A stretch of DNA of 64,000 nucleotides from assembly GCA_027487795.1 (NCBI GenBank), contig JAIYCX010000037.1, positions 25,360 through 89,359 on the forward strand, in the 5' to 3' direction. The first letter of the stretch is position 1. Each line of letters opens with the position of its first letter. The position numbers and the translations under genes were made by a program. Under the pieces are notes generated by a model, which saw nothing but the letters and a program-made list of their open reading frames with translations, was not told where the DNA came from and made no database searches. The DNA is from Pseudomonadota bacterium. Its GTDB lineage: Bacteria > Bdellovibrionota_C > UBA2361 > SZUA-149 > DAOLCO01. Shown here piece by piece: positions 39,047-48,248 of this stretch.

Positions 39047-42000
39047 ATGAACGTTATCTCAAAAATTGTTAGTAAATTATTTTTTCTTACAATCATCTTT
39101 TTAAACACTCTATCCTCAGTCGCAGCACAGCAGTGTAATGATGGTATTGATAATGACAATGATGGATTTATAGACGCACTAGTCTTAGCGCCAAACGGTA
39201 GCGGAGGATCTTTGGCAGTAGGTAATGGGGATCCATATTATCTAAAAGCTGAATATGAAAAAGAAGCCAACATAAGAGGTATTGGTGGCATTGGTGTTCG
39301 AGATGTGATGTTATTTGATCAAGCTACAGCAAATATTTATTGTAACTGGAAAGGTTATCAATTTGCAGATAGACTTGACTGTAATAGTTCTGTACACGGA
39401 AGATGTGGATTTCGTTCAGCTATCGACAATAATCTTTATAGATGGAATGGTTTTAATTTTACGTCACAATCAGCTACTATAAATAACACATGGCTAGTGA
39501 ATTTTAGATGCGTAAATAAACAGACTGCCTGTAAAGACGGAATAGATAACGACGGTGACGGTAGAATAGATACACAGGATTCTGGTTGCACTAGTCCTGA
39601 TGATGATAACGAGAGAATTCATGACCCTGCTTGTGGTACAAATCCTAATGGCAATTCAGAAGTCGAACAATGTAGAGATAATATAGATAATGATAATGAC
39701 GGGGTTTCTGATAGACAAGATCCTGGTTGTTGGAATAATCCAAGTGATCCTAATTCCTACGACCCTTCTAGAAATAACGAAGGTGCTGCAACTACTCAAT
39801 GTCAAGACGGTGTTGATAACGATAATGATAGACTAATTGACAGATCAGATCCTGGTTGTTGGAATAACCCTTTAGATCAAAATTCATACGATAGAACTAG
39901 AAACAATGAAGGTGCAGCTGGTATTCAGTTTCAATGTCAGGACGGCATAGACAACGATGGTGACGGCGTAACTGACAGAGCAGATCCAGGATGTTGGGAC
40001 GTTTATTATGACCCAAATTCATATAATCCTCAAAGAAATTTAGAGGCAGCATTTACTACTCAATGCCAAGATAATAATGATAACGATACAGATAGACTAA
40101 CTGATAGAGCAGACCCTGGTTGTTGGACTAATGAACTTGATCCTAACACTTTTGATAGAACAAGAAATAACGAAGGTGCAGCTGGACCTCAGTGTCAAGA
40201 TGGTAGGGATAATGATAGTGATGGTGTAAGCGATAGACAAGATCCAGGCTGTTGGACAAATCCTAATGATCCGAACTCATACGATCGTTATAGAAATAAT
40301 GAAGGTGCGGCAACTACTCAGTGTCAAGACAGCATTGATAATGATGGTGATAGATTAACAGATCGAGCTGATCCAGGTTGTTGGTCAAATCCTACAAATT
40401 CTAATACCTATGATAGAACTAGAAATAATGAAGGTGCGGCAGGTGCGCAACAACAATGTCAGGATGGTATTGATAATGATGGTGATGGGGTTAGTGACAG
40501 ACAAGATCCAGGTTGCTGGAATAATACAAACGATCCTAATTCTTATGATCCAACTAGAAATAATGAAGGAGCTGCAACTACACAGTGTCAAGATGGAGTA
40601 GATAATGACGGTGATAGACTTATCGACAGATCTGATCCTGGTTGTTGGTCAAATCCATTAAATTCAAATACCTATGACAGAACTAGAAACTTTGAAGGTG
40701 CAGAAGGAACTCAGACTCAACAGGGTGCTACTAACCTTTCAGCTTCCGACGGAACAAATAAAGACTTCATTGTTTTGTCTTGGAATGCTGCTGCTAGTCC
40801 AGTATCAAGCTACAATATATATAGAAGCGATAGTTCAATTAGTAGAGGTAATATCATTGCTAATGTTACCTCAAGCTTTTATCAAGATGCTACAGCTCAA
40901 CCTGGAGTGGTATATTACTACACAGTTCAACCTCTAGGCGGGAATTTTAATCCTCAATTTACAAATACAGATTCAGGATTTAGAGCTGAACTAGAAGGTG
41001 CTAGACTTAAGAGTCCAATATTTTCAAAGTTTAATACTTTTTTAAATCAGCTAAACTTCCTAGAACTTGCTGCTGAAGGCAGTAAAGATGCACTTGTAAA
41101 GATTACTGTTTATAATCTACGTGGGCAAGAAATGATTTCTCAAACAGTATCTATTAGGTCAAAAAGCCAACTTGATATAGATATAAATAGTTTAGTACGC
41201 AATGCTTGTAACTTTTCAAATCAAAGTTCTTGCTCTGGATTTAGTGACATAGATTCAAATGGTATCATCGATACTTATGGTCTTGTAAAATTAGATTTCG
41301 ATGATTCTGATATTGAAAAGAGCATAGTTGGAAGAATAAGCAATTATAGGCCTGATAGTGGTCAAGAAACTTATTCCTTCGCTTTTGCTAAAGAATTAAG
41401 AAACCCTATTATTGGAAGAAGCTTTGCAAATGCAAATACTTTTGACCCCCAAGCTGCTAACTTTCTAGTTCCTAACTGGGCGGAAATAATAAACTTAGAT
41501 ACTCAACGTTCACGAGATTTTACTTTTGTTCTTTATGATCAAAATGGATCCGTGCTAAAACTAGAGCAGTTCACTCTACCACCATTAGGAGAGAAAGATA
41601 TTGCTGCAGGACATGAAATTGTTGGTGCAAATGGGAAAGTTAGTGAAGGTATCTTCCTAGGCGAAGTTTTTAGTGATGCAAACTATCTATTTTCAATAAG
41701 TAGATACAGCTCAAATGATAGAGGAGCACAAGCTAAAAGCTACAACTTTGCATTTGCTGTAGAAGGTAGATCAGGAGCACCAGAAACTTTATTTACTTCT
41801 ATTACGAATGATTCAATCGGGGCTGGATGTGCAATTCCTACTAATTGGGTTGAAATACTTAATGTAAGAAGCGAAACAAGTTCTGGAGAAATAATTTTTA
41901 GAGATGGTAGCAACATAGTTGGTAGACAAAACTTCTCTTTAACTGCGAAGAGTCAGTTCCATTTTAATGCGAGTGCCCTACTTCCTAAAGGAGCTGTAGG

Positions 42001-42457
42001 TTCTGCAGAAATTAGATCAAACTCTCCAGGGTCATTTATCTCGCAAAGTATGACGTATTTACATGATTGTTCAGAGAATAGAGTTCAAACTGCTTATTCG
42101 CTTCCGGCAAAAACTAGAGCTAGAAAGTCTCAAGCAGGATCATTAAATACATTCTTAGGAATGAGTAATAACGTGAGACTTGTTGGAACATCTGATTTTG
42201 CTGCTCAGGCATCTTTATCAATAACTCCAGTTGGTCAAGCTGAAAGAACTGGCAGTGTGAACTTAGGCTCCAAGGCAACTTCTGATTTAACAAGTTCTAA
42301 TACTTCGATACTAAGTATCGGTTCTAATACATACGGGATATTAAAAGTTAATACTCCAACTGAAGGCCAAGCTTTAGGGTTTGTTATCAGAAGTAGGTCA
42401 AACAATGTTAATGGTCTAAATAAAGTTGACTTTGTAATGCCTACGGAACTTAAGTAG
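39047..42457 (+). CDS. Large secreted protein with Cys/Asp-rich Ca-binding-like repeats, an Fn3-like domain and a C-terminal beta-rich region
   Basis: Signal peptide; CxDGxDNDxDxxxDxxDPGC repeats; ASDG...LSW...YNIYRS...YYYTV Fn3-like segment. Confidence 0.85.
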   Translation: MNVISKIVSKLFFLTIIFLNTLSSVAAQQCNDGIDNDNDGFIDALVLAPNGSGGSLAVGNGDPYYLKAEYEKEANIRGIGGIGVRDVMLFDQATANIYCNWKGYQFADRLDCNSSVHGRCGFRSAIDNNLYRWNGFNFTSQSATINNTWLVNFRCVNKQTACKDGIDNDGDGRIDTQDSGCTSPDDDNERIHDPACGTNPNGNSEVEQCRDNIDNDNDGVSDRQDPGCWNNPSDPNSYDPSRNNEGAATTQCQDGVDNDNDRLIDRSDPGCWNNPLDQNSYDRTRNNEGAAGIQFQCQDGIDNDGDGVTDRADPGCWDVYYDPNSYNPQRNLEAAFTTQCQDNNDNDTDRLTDRADPGCWTNELDPNTFDRTRNNEGAAGPQCQDGRDNDSDGVSDRQDPGCWTNPNDPNSYDRYRNNEGAATTQCQDSIDNDGDRLTDRADPGCWSNPTNSNTYDRTRNNEGAAGAQQQCQDGIDNDGDGVSDRQDPGCWNNTNDPNSYDPTRNNEGAATTQCQDGVDNDGDRLIDRSDPGCWSNPLNSNTYDRTRNFEGAEGTQTQQGATNLSASDGTNKDFIVLSWNAAASPVSSYNIYRSDSSISRGNIIANVTSSFYQDATAQPGVVYYYTVQPLGGNFNPQFTNTDSGFRAELEGARLKSPIFSKFNTFLNQLNFLELAAEGSKDALVKITVYNLRGQEMISQTVSIRSKSQLDIDINSLVRNACNFSNQSSCSGFSDIDSNGIIDTYGLVKLDFDDSDIEKSIVGRISNYRPDSGQETYSFAFAKELRNPIIGRSFANANTFDPQAANFLVPNWAEIINLDTQRSRDFTFVLYDQNGSVLKLEQFTLPPLGEKDIAAGHEIVGANGKVSEGIFLGEVFSDANYLFSISRYSSNDRGAQAKSYNFAFAVEGRSGAPETLFTSITNDSIGAGCAIPTNWVEILNVRSETSSGEIIFRDGSNIVGRQNFSLTAKSQFHFNASALLPKGAVGSAEIRSNSPGSFISQSMTYLHDCSENRVQTAYSLPAKTRARKSQAGSLNTFLGMSNNVRLVGTSDFAAQASLSITPVGQAERTGSVNLGSKATSDLTSSNTSILSIGSNTYGILKVNTPTEGQALGFVIRSRSNNVNGLNKVDFVMPTELK
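39668..40702 (+). repeat. Eight tandem intragenic repeats of 43-45 codons in alternating A/B pattern
   Basis: QCQDxxDNDxD(GVS/GVT vs RLI/RLT)DRxDPGCWxNxxDxNxYDxxRNNEGAA repeated 8 times. Confidence 0.92.
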
Positions 42458-42487
42458 ATAATTTTCTACAAGAAAATTGCTAAGACT

Positions 42488-42533
42488 ATAAGTTTGTGAA
42501 AAATTACCTAGTAATTTTCACAAACTTATTTTT
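42488..42533 (+). terminator. Long hairpin/terminator abutting the photolyase start codon
   Basis: ATAAGTTTGTGAAAAATTAC-CTA-GTAATTTTCACAAACTTAT (one bulge) followed by TTTT and ATG. Confidence 0.65.
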
Positions 42534-43994
42534 ATGCAAAAAGCTTTTCTAATATATCCAAATCAACTTTATAAAGAAGTTTTATCTATTAAAGATCATA
42601 AATTCTTTTTAATAGAAGATCCTTTATTCTTTACTCAGTATAAATTTCATAAAAAGAAGTTAATACTTCATAGAGCTTCTATGAGGGCTTTTTATGAGGC
42701 TTATTTAGAAAATACTAACGCTCGGTATATCGATATTAATGAAATTAAAGATAGCTCAGATATTGGACAGATTCTAAAACAAGAGGGCATAAAAGAAGTT
42801 TCACTTTTTGATCCTACTGATGATTGGCTCTTAAAGAAAATCACCAAAAGCTTCAATACTCACTCTATTAAGCTTAATATTCTAGAATCACCAAATTTTC
42901 TCTCTACCAAAGATCAAGCTAGTAATATGCTTGGCAATAATAAGAAGTTTTTTTTCACTAGCTTTTATATAGAACAGAGAAAAAGATTAGGGTTATTACT
43001 AGAGGAGGATATGTCTCCTATTGGTGGAAAATGGACTTTTGATTCAGAGAATAGAAGTAAACTTCCGAAAAACCATATTCCTACGCAAGCACCAATTCAG
43101 AATAATAATAAACATGTCATTGAAGCAATTTCTTATATTGAAAGACTTTTTCCCAAAAATCCAGGGAATAGCGATAATTTCTTCTATCCTGTAACTCATG
43201 CTGAGGCTGAAAAATGGTTAAAAAACTTCATAAAAAATAAATTACCTCTTTTTGGTGACTATGAAGATGCTTTATCAACTGAAGATCAGTTTATATATCA
43301 TTCCATTCTCACTCCTGCTTTAAATATCGGCCTATTAAGCCCTGCAGAGATAATAAACCTAGCTATAAAAGCTAAAGATATATCCTTAAATTCATTAGAG
43401 GGTTTTGTCAGGCAAATTATCGGATGGAGAGAATATGTCAGAATTATATATCTAAAAGTAGGAACTAAACAGAGAACAGAAAATTATTGGAAGTTTAAAG
43501 ATTCTATTCCTACTGCCTATTGGACAGCAGAAACTGGAATAGATCCAATTGATTTAGCTATAAAAAACGTACTTAATACCGGTTATTCTCACCACATAGA
43601 AAGATTAATGATACTAGGTAACTTTATGTTACTCTCTGAATATCATCCTGACTATGTTTATGAATGGTTTATGGAGATGTATATTGATGCCTATGATTGG
43701 GTCATGGTACCTAATGTGTATGGAATGAGCCAGTATGCAGATGGAGGAATAATTACTACCAAGCCATATATTAGTTCTTCAAATTACGTTAAAAAGATGA
43801 GTAATTATAAAGCCGGGCCATGGTGTGAAATTTGGGATAGTTTATTTTGGCGTTTTATTGGAAAACGATATGATTTTTTCAAATCAAATCCAAGATTAAG
43901 CATGATGGCGGTTCAATATGATAAAATGGATAAACAAAAAAAAGAAAGACTTCTTAGACTAGCAGATAATTACACCTCAAAACTAAATGAATAA
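42534..43994 (+). CDS. Cryptochrome/photolyase-related protein (bacterial (6-4)/DPRP type) lacking Fe-S cysteines
   Basis: HKKKLILHRASM, GGKWTFDSENR, FGDYEDA, EGFVRQIIGWREY, HHIERLM, DAYDWVMVPNVYGM, TKPYISS. Confidence 0.92.
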   Translation: MQKAFLIYPNQLYKEVLSIKDHKFFLIEDPLFFTQYKFHKKKLILHRASMRAFYEAYLENTNARYIDINEIKDSSDIGQILKQEGIKEVSLFDPTDDWLLKKITKSFNTHSIKLNILESPNFLSTKDQASNMLGNNKKFFFTSFYIEQRKRLGLLLEEDMSPIGGKWTFDSENRSKLPKNHIPTQAPIQNNNKHVIEAISYIERLFPKNPGNSDNFFYPVTHAEAEKWLKNFIKNKLPLFGDYEDALSTEDQFIYHSILTPALNIGLLSPAEIINLAIKAKDISLNSLEGFVRQIIGWREYVRIIYLKVGTKQRTENYWKFKDSIPTAYWTAETGIDPIDLAIKNVLNTGYSHHIERLMILGNFMLLSEYHPDYVYEWFMEMYIDAYDWVMVPNVYGMSQYADGGIITTKPYISSSNYVKKMSNYKAGPWCEIWDSLFWRFIGKRYDFFKSNPRLSMMAVQYDKMDKQKKERLLRLADNYTSKLNE

Positions 43995-44973
43995 TAACTC
44001 ACTACTAAACTTCACACTTGAAAATCTCCCTATTAGAGGTTCTATAGTTTTTCTTGAAAGTACTTGGAATGACATTCGACTAGATAGAGATTATCCAGAA
44101 ATTATTGAAAAGCTTCTTGGTGAGTTACTCATTTGCTCTACTCTTCTTAGTAGTATGATAAAATTAAATGGTAGCTTATCAATCCAGATACAAGGCCAGA
44201 TACAAGGCCAAATACAAGGCAAGGGCGGTGTCGAAGTTTTAGTCGCAGAAACGAATAGCCCTGATTACGAACTAAGTCCCGAAGATATTAAAGAAGATGA
44301 AGATATAAATGATTATAATTTTATTTCTCTTAGAGGCACAGCCAAGTTCTCAGAAAAAGTAAAAGAATTGAAAGAGGAAAATCCCCTACCCGCATTACTT
44401 GAAAATGCTCTATTATCAATCACAATAGACCCAAGACGTGGAGCAAAGAGATATCAAAGCATTATTCCTATATCTGAAAATACAATTGAGAAAATCTTTG
44501 AAGAGTATCTTGATAAATCAGAACAAATTGAAGGTAAAATTGCTATTTTCAGTTCTGAGGAAGGAATTGGAGGAATAATACTTCAAAAACTTCCGGAACA
44601 AGAGATACAAGACGGAGTATCTTTTGAGTATGACTACAACTCTATAATGGAGAAGATTAAAAAGAATATAAAAGATCTTAGTAAAGAAGAAATTACAAAC
44701 TTAAACTTTGAACAATTGCTTACTAAAGTAACGGACAAATTTGATGTTAGAATATTTGATTATCAAACTACAAGGTTTGTATGTGGCTGTTCTCGAGAAA
44801 AAATTGAGCGAGTTTTACTAACTATTGGTAGAAAAGAGTCAGAAGAGATACTAAAAGAGCACGGAAATATCACAGTTAACTGCGAATTCTGTAAAAAAGA
44901 AGAAAAATTTGATTCTATTGACGTTGCTAGCATTTTTTCTTCGACAACAAAAAGTAGTAAAAGTCTAAATTAA
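43987..44973 (+). CDS. hslO: Redox-regulated chaperone Hsp33
   Basis: RYQSII, SEQI, GGIILQKLP, C-terminal CGCS...CEFC zinc motif. Confidence 0.92.
   Translation: MNNNSLLNFTLENLPIRGSIVFLESTWNDIRLDRDYPEIIEKLLGELLICSTLLSSMIKLNGSLSIQIQGQIQGQIQGKGGVEVLVAETNSPDYELSPEDIKEDEDINDYNFISLRGTAKFSEKVKELKEENPLPALLENALLSITIDPRRGAKRYQSIIPISENTIEKIFEEYLDKSEQIEGKIAIFSSEEGIGGIILQKLPEQEIQDGVSFEYDYNSIMEKIKKNIKDLSKEEITNLNFEQLLTKVTDKFDVRIFDYQTTRFVCGCSREKIERVLLTIGRKESEEILKEHGNITVNCEFCKKEEKFDSIDVASIFSSTTKSSKSLN
44185..44220 (+). repeat. In-frame 12-bp tandem repeat x3 in hslO (QIQG)3
   Basis: CAGATACAAGGC CAGATACAAGGC CAAATACAAGGC. Confidence 0.9.
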
Positions 44974-45007
44974 TCTAAAAATAACGTAATTTAAATAAAC
45001 ACTAAAA

Positions 45008-45592
45008 ATGAGTACAGAAAATCCATGGAAAACCTTAAGTACTAAGGTAGTTTATAAAAATCCTTGGATAACAGTTCGTGAAGATGATGTTATCACTCCC
45101 TCAGGCGAAAAAGGAATTTATGGAGTTGTTGAATCCAGAATAGCAACTGGGATAGTAGCTTTAACTGAAAATTCTGAAATTGTACTAGTAGGTCAGTTTA
45201 GATACGCCATGAATGAATACTCATGGGAGATTATAGAAGGAGGAGCTGAGCAAGGAGAAGATCCACAAACTGCTGCCGTTAGAGAACTCGCAGAAGAAGC
45301 AGGACTGATTCCTGCTCATGTAGAAGTACTAGGTGATGAAATTCATCTATCGAACTGTCACTCTAGCGAAAGAGCATATCTTTATTTCGCAAAAGGTCTA
45401 ACCAAAACTAATACCAATCCTGATAGCACTGAACAACTACAAATTAAGACAGTTAGTATAAAGACAGCATTAGAGATGTTAGAGAAAGGAGAAATCAAAG
45501 ACTCTTTATCTATAATAGCCATATACAGAATAGCTATAAAACTAGGAATTATTGGGAATCTAAGTTCTACTTCATTAAACTCTAATACCTAG
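45008..45592 (+). CDS. NUDIX hydrolase (ADP-ribose pyrophosphatase-like)
   Basis: Nudix box GGAEQGEDPQTAAVRELAEEAG; NPWITVRED. Confidence 0.92.
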   Translation: MSTENPWKTLSTKVVYKNPWITVREDDVITPSGEKGIYGVVESRIATGIVALTENSEIVLVGQFRYAMNEYSWEIIEGGAEQGEDPQTAAVRELAEEAGLIPAHVEVLGDEIHLSNCHSSERAYLYFAKGLTKTNTNPDSTEQLQIKTVSIKTALEMLEKGEIKDSLSIIAIYRIAIKLGIIGNLSSTSLNSNT

Positions 45593-45599
45593 TCACTTT

Positions 45600-47627
45600 A
45601 TGAGTGAAGTTAAAAAATATACTCTTAAGCCAAGAGAGAATGTATTTCCTAATCCTGAATTATTTAATGAAAGTAATTGTAAAATTAACTATGCTGAAGA
45701 GCTTAATGAAAGACAGTTAGAAGCAGTAAGAACTACAGAGGGTCCTGTTCTATGTATTGCAGGTGCTGGAAGTGGGAAAACTAGAACACTGATTTATAGA
45801 GTAGCTTACTTAATAGAAAAAGGTGTGCCTGCTGAAAATATATTACTTTTAACTTTTACCAGAAAAGCAGCTCAAGAAATGTTAAAGAGAGCTACTAATA
45901 TACTTGATGATAGATGTAGAAGAATCAGGGGTGGGACTTTTCACGGCTTTGCTAATACACTTCTAAGAAGATATGCAACTCAAGCAAATCTTTCTCCCAA
46001 TTTTAGCATTTTAGATCGCTCAGATGCAGAAGATTTAGTAAACTATGTTAGAACTGAAAAAGGCTTTGCTAAAAACGATACAAGATTCCCTAAAAAGAAT
46101 ACTCTTTTAGAAATATTCTCAAAATCAGTAAATACCTCACTATCTATTAGAAACATCCTAGAAAAAGATTATCCACAATTTGCAGATTTATATAATGCAC
46201 TAGAGCAACTTTATGATGCATATCAAATTTGTAAAAGGGAAAGAGCAGTTCTAGACTATGATGATCTATTAGTTGAGCTAAAATTACTTTTAGTACTCAA
46301 TAAAGAATTATGTGCTAAAATTTCTAGAGAACATAAATATATAATGGTTGATGAATTTCAGGATACAAATAGTATTCAATCTGAAATTTCTTACTTATTA
46401 GCTTCTGAGCATAGTAATATCTTGGCCGTTGGAGATGATGCTCAAAGTATTTATTCCTTTAGAGGTGCTGAATTTAGAAATATCATGGACTTCCCTAGGA
46501 AGTTTCCAAATTGTAAAATAATTGCTCTGGAACAAAACTATAGAAGTATTGAACCTATTTTAAAATTTTCTAATGCCATTCTAGATAATGCCCGTGAGAA
46601 ATATCCAAAAAAATTATTTTCGAATAATGAATCTACAGATAAACCAGTAATTATAAAACCAGCCAGTGTTGATGAACAAGCTAACTTTATTTGTCAAAGA
46701 ATACTTGATTTAAGAGAAGAAGGAGTTGAGCTATGTGAAATAGCAGTACTTTTCAGAGCTGCTTGGCATTCCAATGAATTAGAAATAGAGCTTGCTTCAA
46801 GAAATATTCCGTTTGTTAAATATGGGGGCATTAAATTTGTTGAAGCTGCTCATGTTAAAGATCTAATTTGTTTTCTCAGAGTAATCAGAAATTATAAAGA
46901 CTCTGTAGCCTGGCAAAGAGTTCTATTACTCTTAGAAGGAGTTGGTACAAAAGGAGCAGAAGAAATTACTAAATTACTTGCTCTCTCAGAAGGTTCAGTT
47001 TCTGGTTTAAGTGGGCAATCAAAAAAGAAGTATTGGAATGCTGTAAAAAGTCTTGTTGAAAGTATCAGTAGTATTAAAGAAATAGAACATCCTGCGACCT
47101 GCGTAAAAGCTGTAGCTGAGCTTTATTTTCCTTTAATGAAAATAAATTATGATGATTTTACTAAAAGAATTGATGATATAAATTCACTTGTTCAAATAGC
47201 AACAAACTATCAATCACTTGAATCATTCATGGATGATTTAGCACTTGAAACTCCAGATCAAAAACAATCTGGTGCTGAAGCAGTAGAAAAAGATGATGAA
47301 AAATTAATACTATCGACAATTCATTCCTCAAAAGGTCTGGAGTGGCATTCGGTTTTTGTTATTAGTTTAATTGATGGCTTCCTACCATCAACTCGATCCT
47401 TAGGTAGCGATAAAGAAATAGACGAGGAACGAAGACTATTATATGTTGCCTGCACTAGAGCGAAAAAAAATCTTTATCTTTTAATACCAGAACATTGCAG
47501 ATCAAGGGGATACTCACCAATTAATCCTGGCTTTGCTTTTTCAGAACCTAGTAGATTTTTGGGAGAGATACATAATATAAATGAACTATCAGAAACTTGG
47601 GTTTTAGAGGGTGAATATGACTTCTAG
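45600..47627 (+). CDS. UvrD/PcrA-family SF1A DNA helicase
   Basis: AGAGSGKT, TFTRKAA, VDEFQD, VGDDAQSIYSFRG, QNYRS, STIHSSKGLEW, EERRLLYVACTRA. Confidence 0.95.
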   Translation: MSEVKKYTLKPRENVFPNPELFNESNCKINYAEELNERQLEAVRTTEGPVLCIAGAGSGKTRTLIYRVAYLIEKGVPAENILLLTFTRKAAQEMLKRATNILDDRCRRIRGGTFHGFANTLLRRYATQANLSPNFSILDRSDAEDLVNYVRTEKGFAKNDTRFPKKNTLLEIFSKSVNTSLSIRNILEKDYPQFADLYNALEQLYDAYQICKRERAVLDYDDLLVELKLLLVLNKELCAKISREHKYIMVDEFQDTNSIQSEISYLLASEHSNILAVGDDAQSIYSFRGAEFRNIMDFPRKFPNCKIIALEQNYRSIEPILKFSNAILDNAREKYPKKLFSNNESTDKPVIIKPASVDEQANFICQRILDLREEGVELCEIAVLFRAAWHSNELEIELASRNIPFVKYGGIKFVEAAHVKDLICFLRVIRNYKDSVAWQRVLLLLEGVGTKGAEEITKLLALSEGSVSGLSGQSKKKYWNAVKSLVESISSIKEIEHPATCVKAVAELYFPLMKINYDDFTKRIDDINSLVQIATNYQSLESFMDDLALETPDQKQSGAEAVEKDDEKLILSTIHSSKGLEWHSVFVISLIDGFLPSTRSLGSDKEIDEERRLLYVACTRAKKNLYLLIPEHCRSRGYSPINPGFAFSEPSRFLGEIHNINELSETWVLEGEYDF

Positions 47628-48225
47628 TATTTTTAAATTGCGATATATCTCTTTGTTAATACTACCTAGTCTTGTCTATTCTCAAGATAAGTTTTGTTAC
47701 AGGGACGATGTTGGTAATTTAGATTGTAGAGACAATCTTGAAGAAGTTCCTACCCAATATAAAAATAAAGCTTTTTTTAAACCTGCTATTAAAAATAATG
47801 CTGTTAGAGAGATACAAAATCGAGAAATTCCTAATCGAATAATGCCCAATAGAGAAATACAACTTGAAGAGAATAGAAATAAACCTTCAAAACCACCTGA
47901 AGCGATATTACCAACTACACCTCAAGAGTTAGAGGATAGTAATCAGCTACCTAAAGCTAAAGAATTCAATTCGGTAAAATCTAGTAAAAGCCCAAAAATA
48001 CAAGTATTCATTGCAAAATGGTGTGGCTACTGTAAAGCCTTAGAAAAATTTCTAAAGAAACGTAATGTTAATTATGAAAGGTATGACGTAGAAGAAGATC
48101 CATATGGGATGAAAATTTATAGCCAGCATAATACTGTGCCTATTACGCTAATTAATAATAATATTGTAGTTGGCTTTGAAGAAAAAAAATTCGAAGAAAT
48201 ATTAGATGCTACTGAGCCTTATTAA
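47611..48225 (+). CDS. Exported glutaredoxin-domain protein
   Basis: Signal-like N-terminus, DUF4124-like CYRDDVG segment, Pro-rich linker, WCGYC...TVP...VVGF. Confidence 0.8.
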   Translation: MNMTSSIFKLRYISLLILPSLVYSQDKFCYRDDVGNLDCRDNLEEVPTQYKNKAFFKPAIKNNAVREIQNREIPNRIMPNREIQLEENRNKPSKPPEAILPTTPQELEDSNQLPKAKEFNSVKSSKSPKIQVFIAKWCGYCKALEKFLKKRNVNYERYDVEEDPYGMKIYSQHNTVPITLINNNIVVGFEEKKFEEILDATEPY

Positions 48226-48248
48226 GAAGCCGCATTTTTAATAAAGCT

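Noticed and set aside
39668-40702. Regularly spaced repeats (GATCCxGGTTGxTGG, AGAAATAAxGAAGGT) that could be taken for a CRISPR array
   Set aside because: In-frame, degenerate at third codon positions, spacers are homologous to each other, and no cas genes are present; they are protein repeats.
47805-47865. REIQN/REIPN/RIMPN/REIQ short repeats in the glutaredoxin linker
   Set aside because: Degenerate low-complexity linker with no evidence of separate function.
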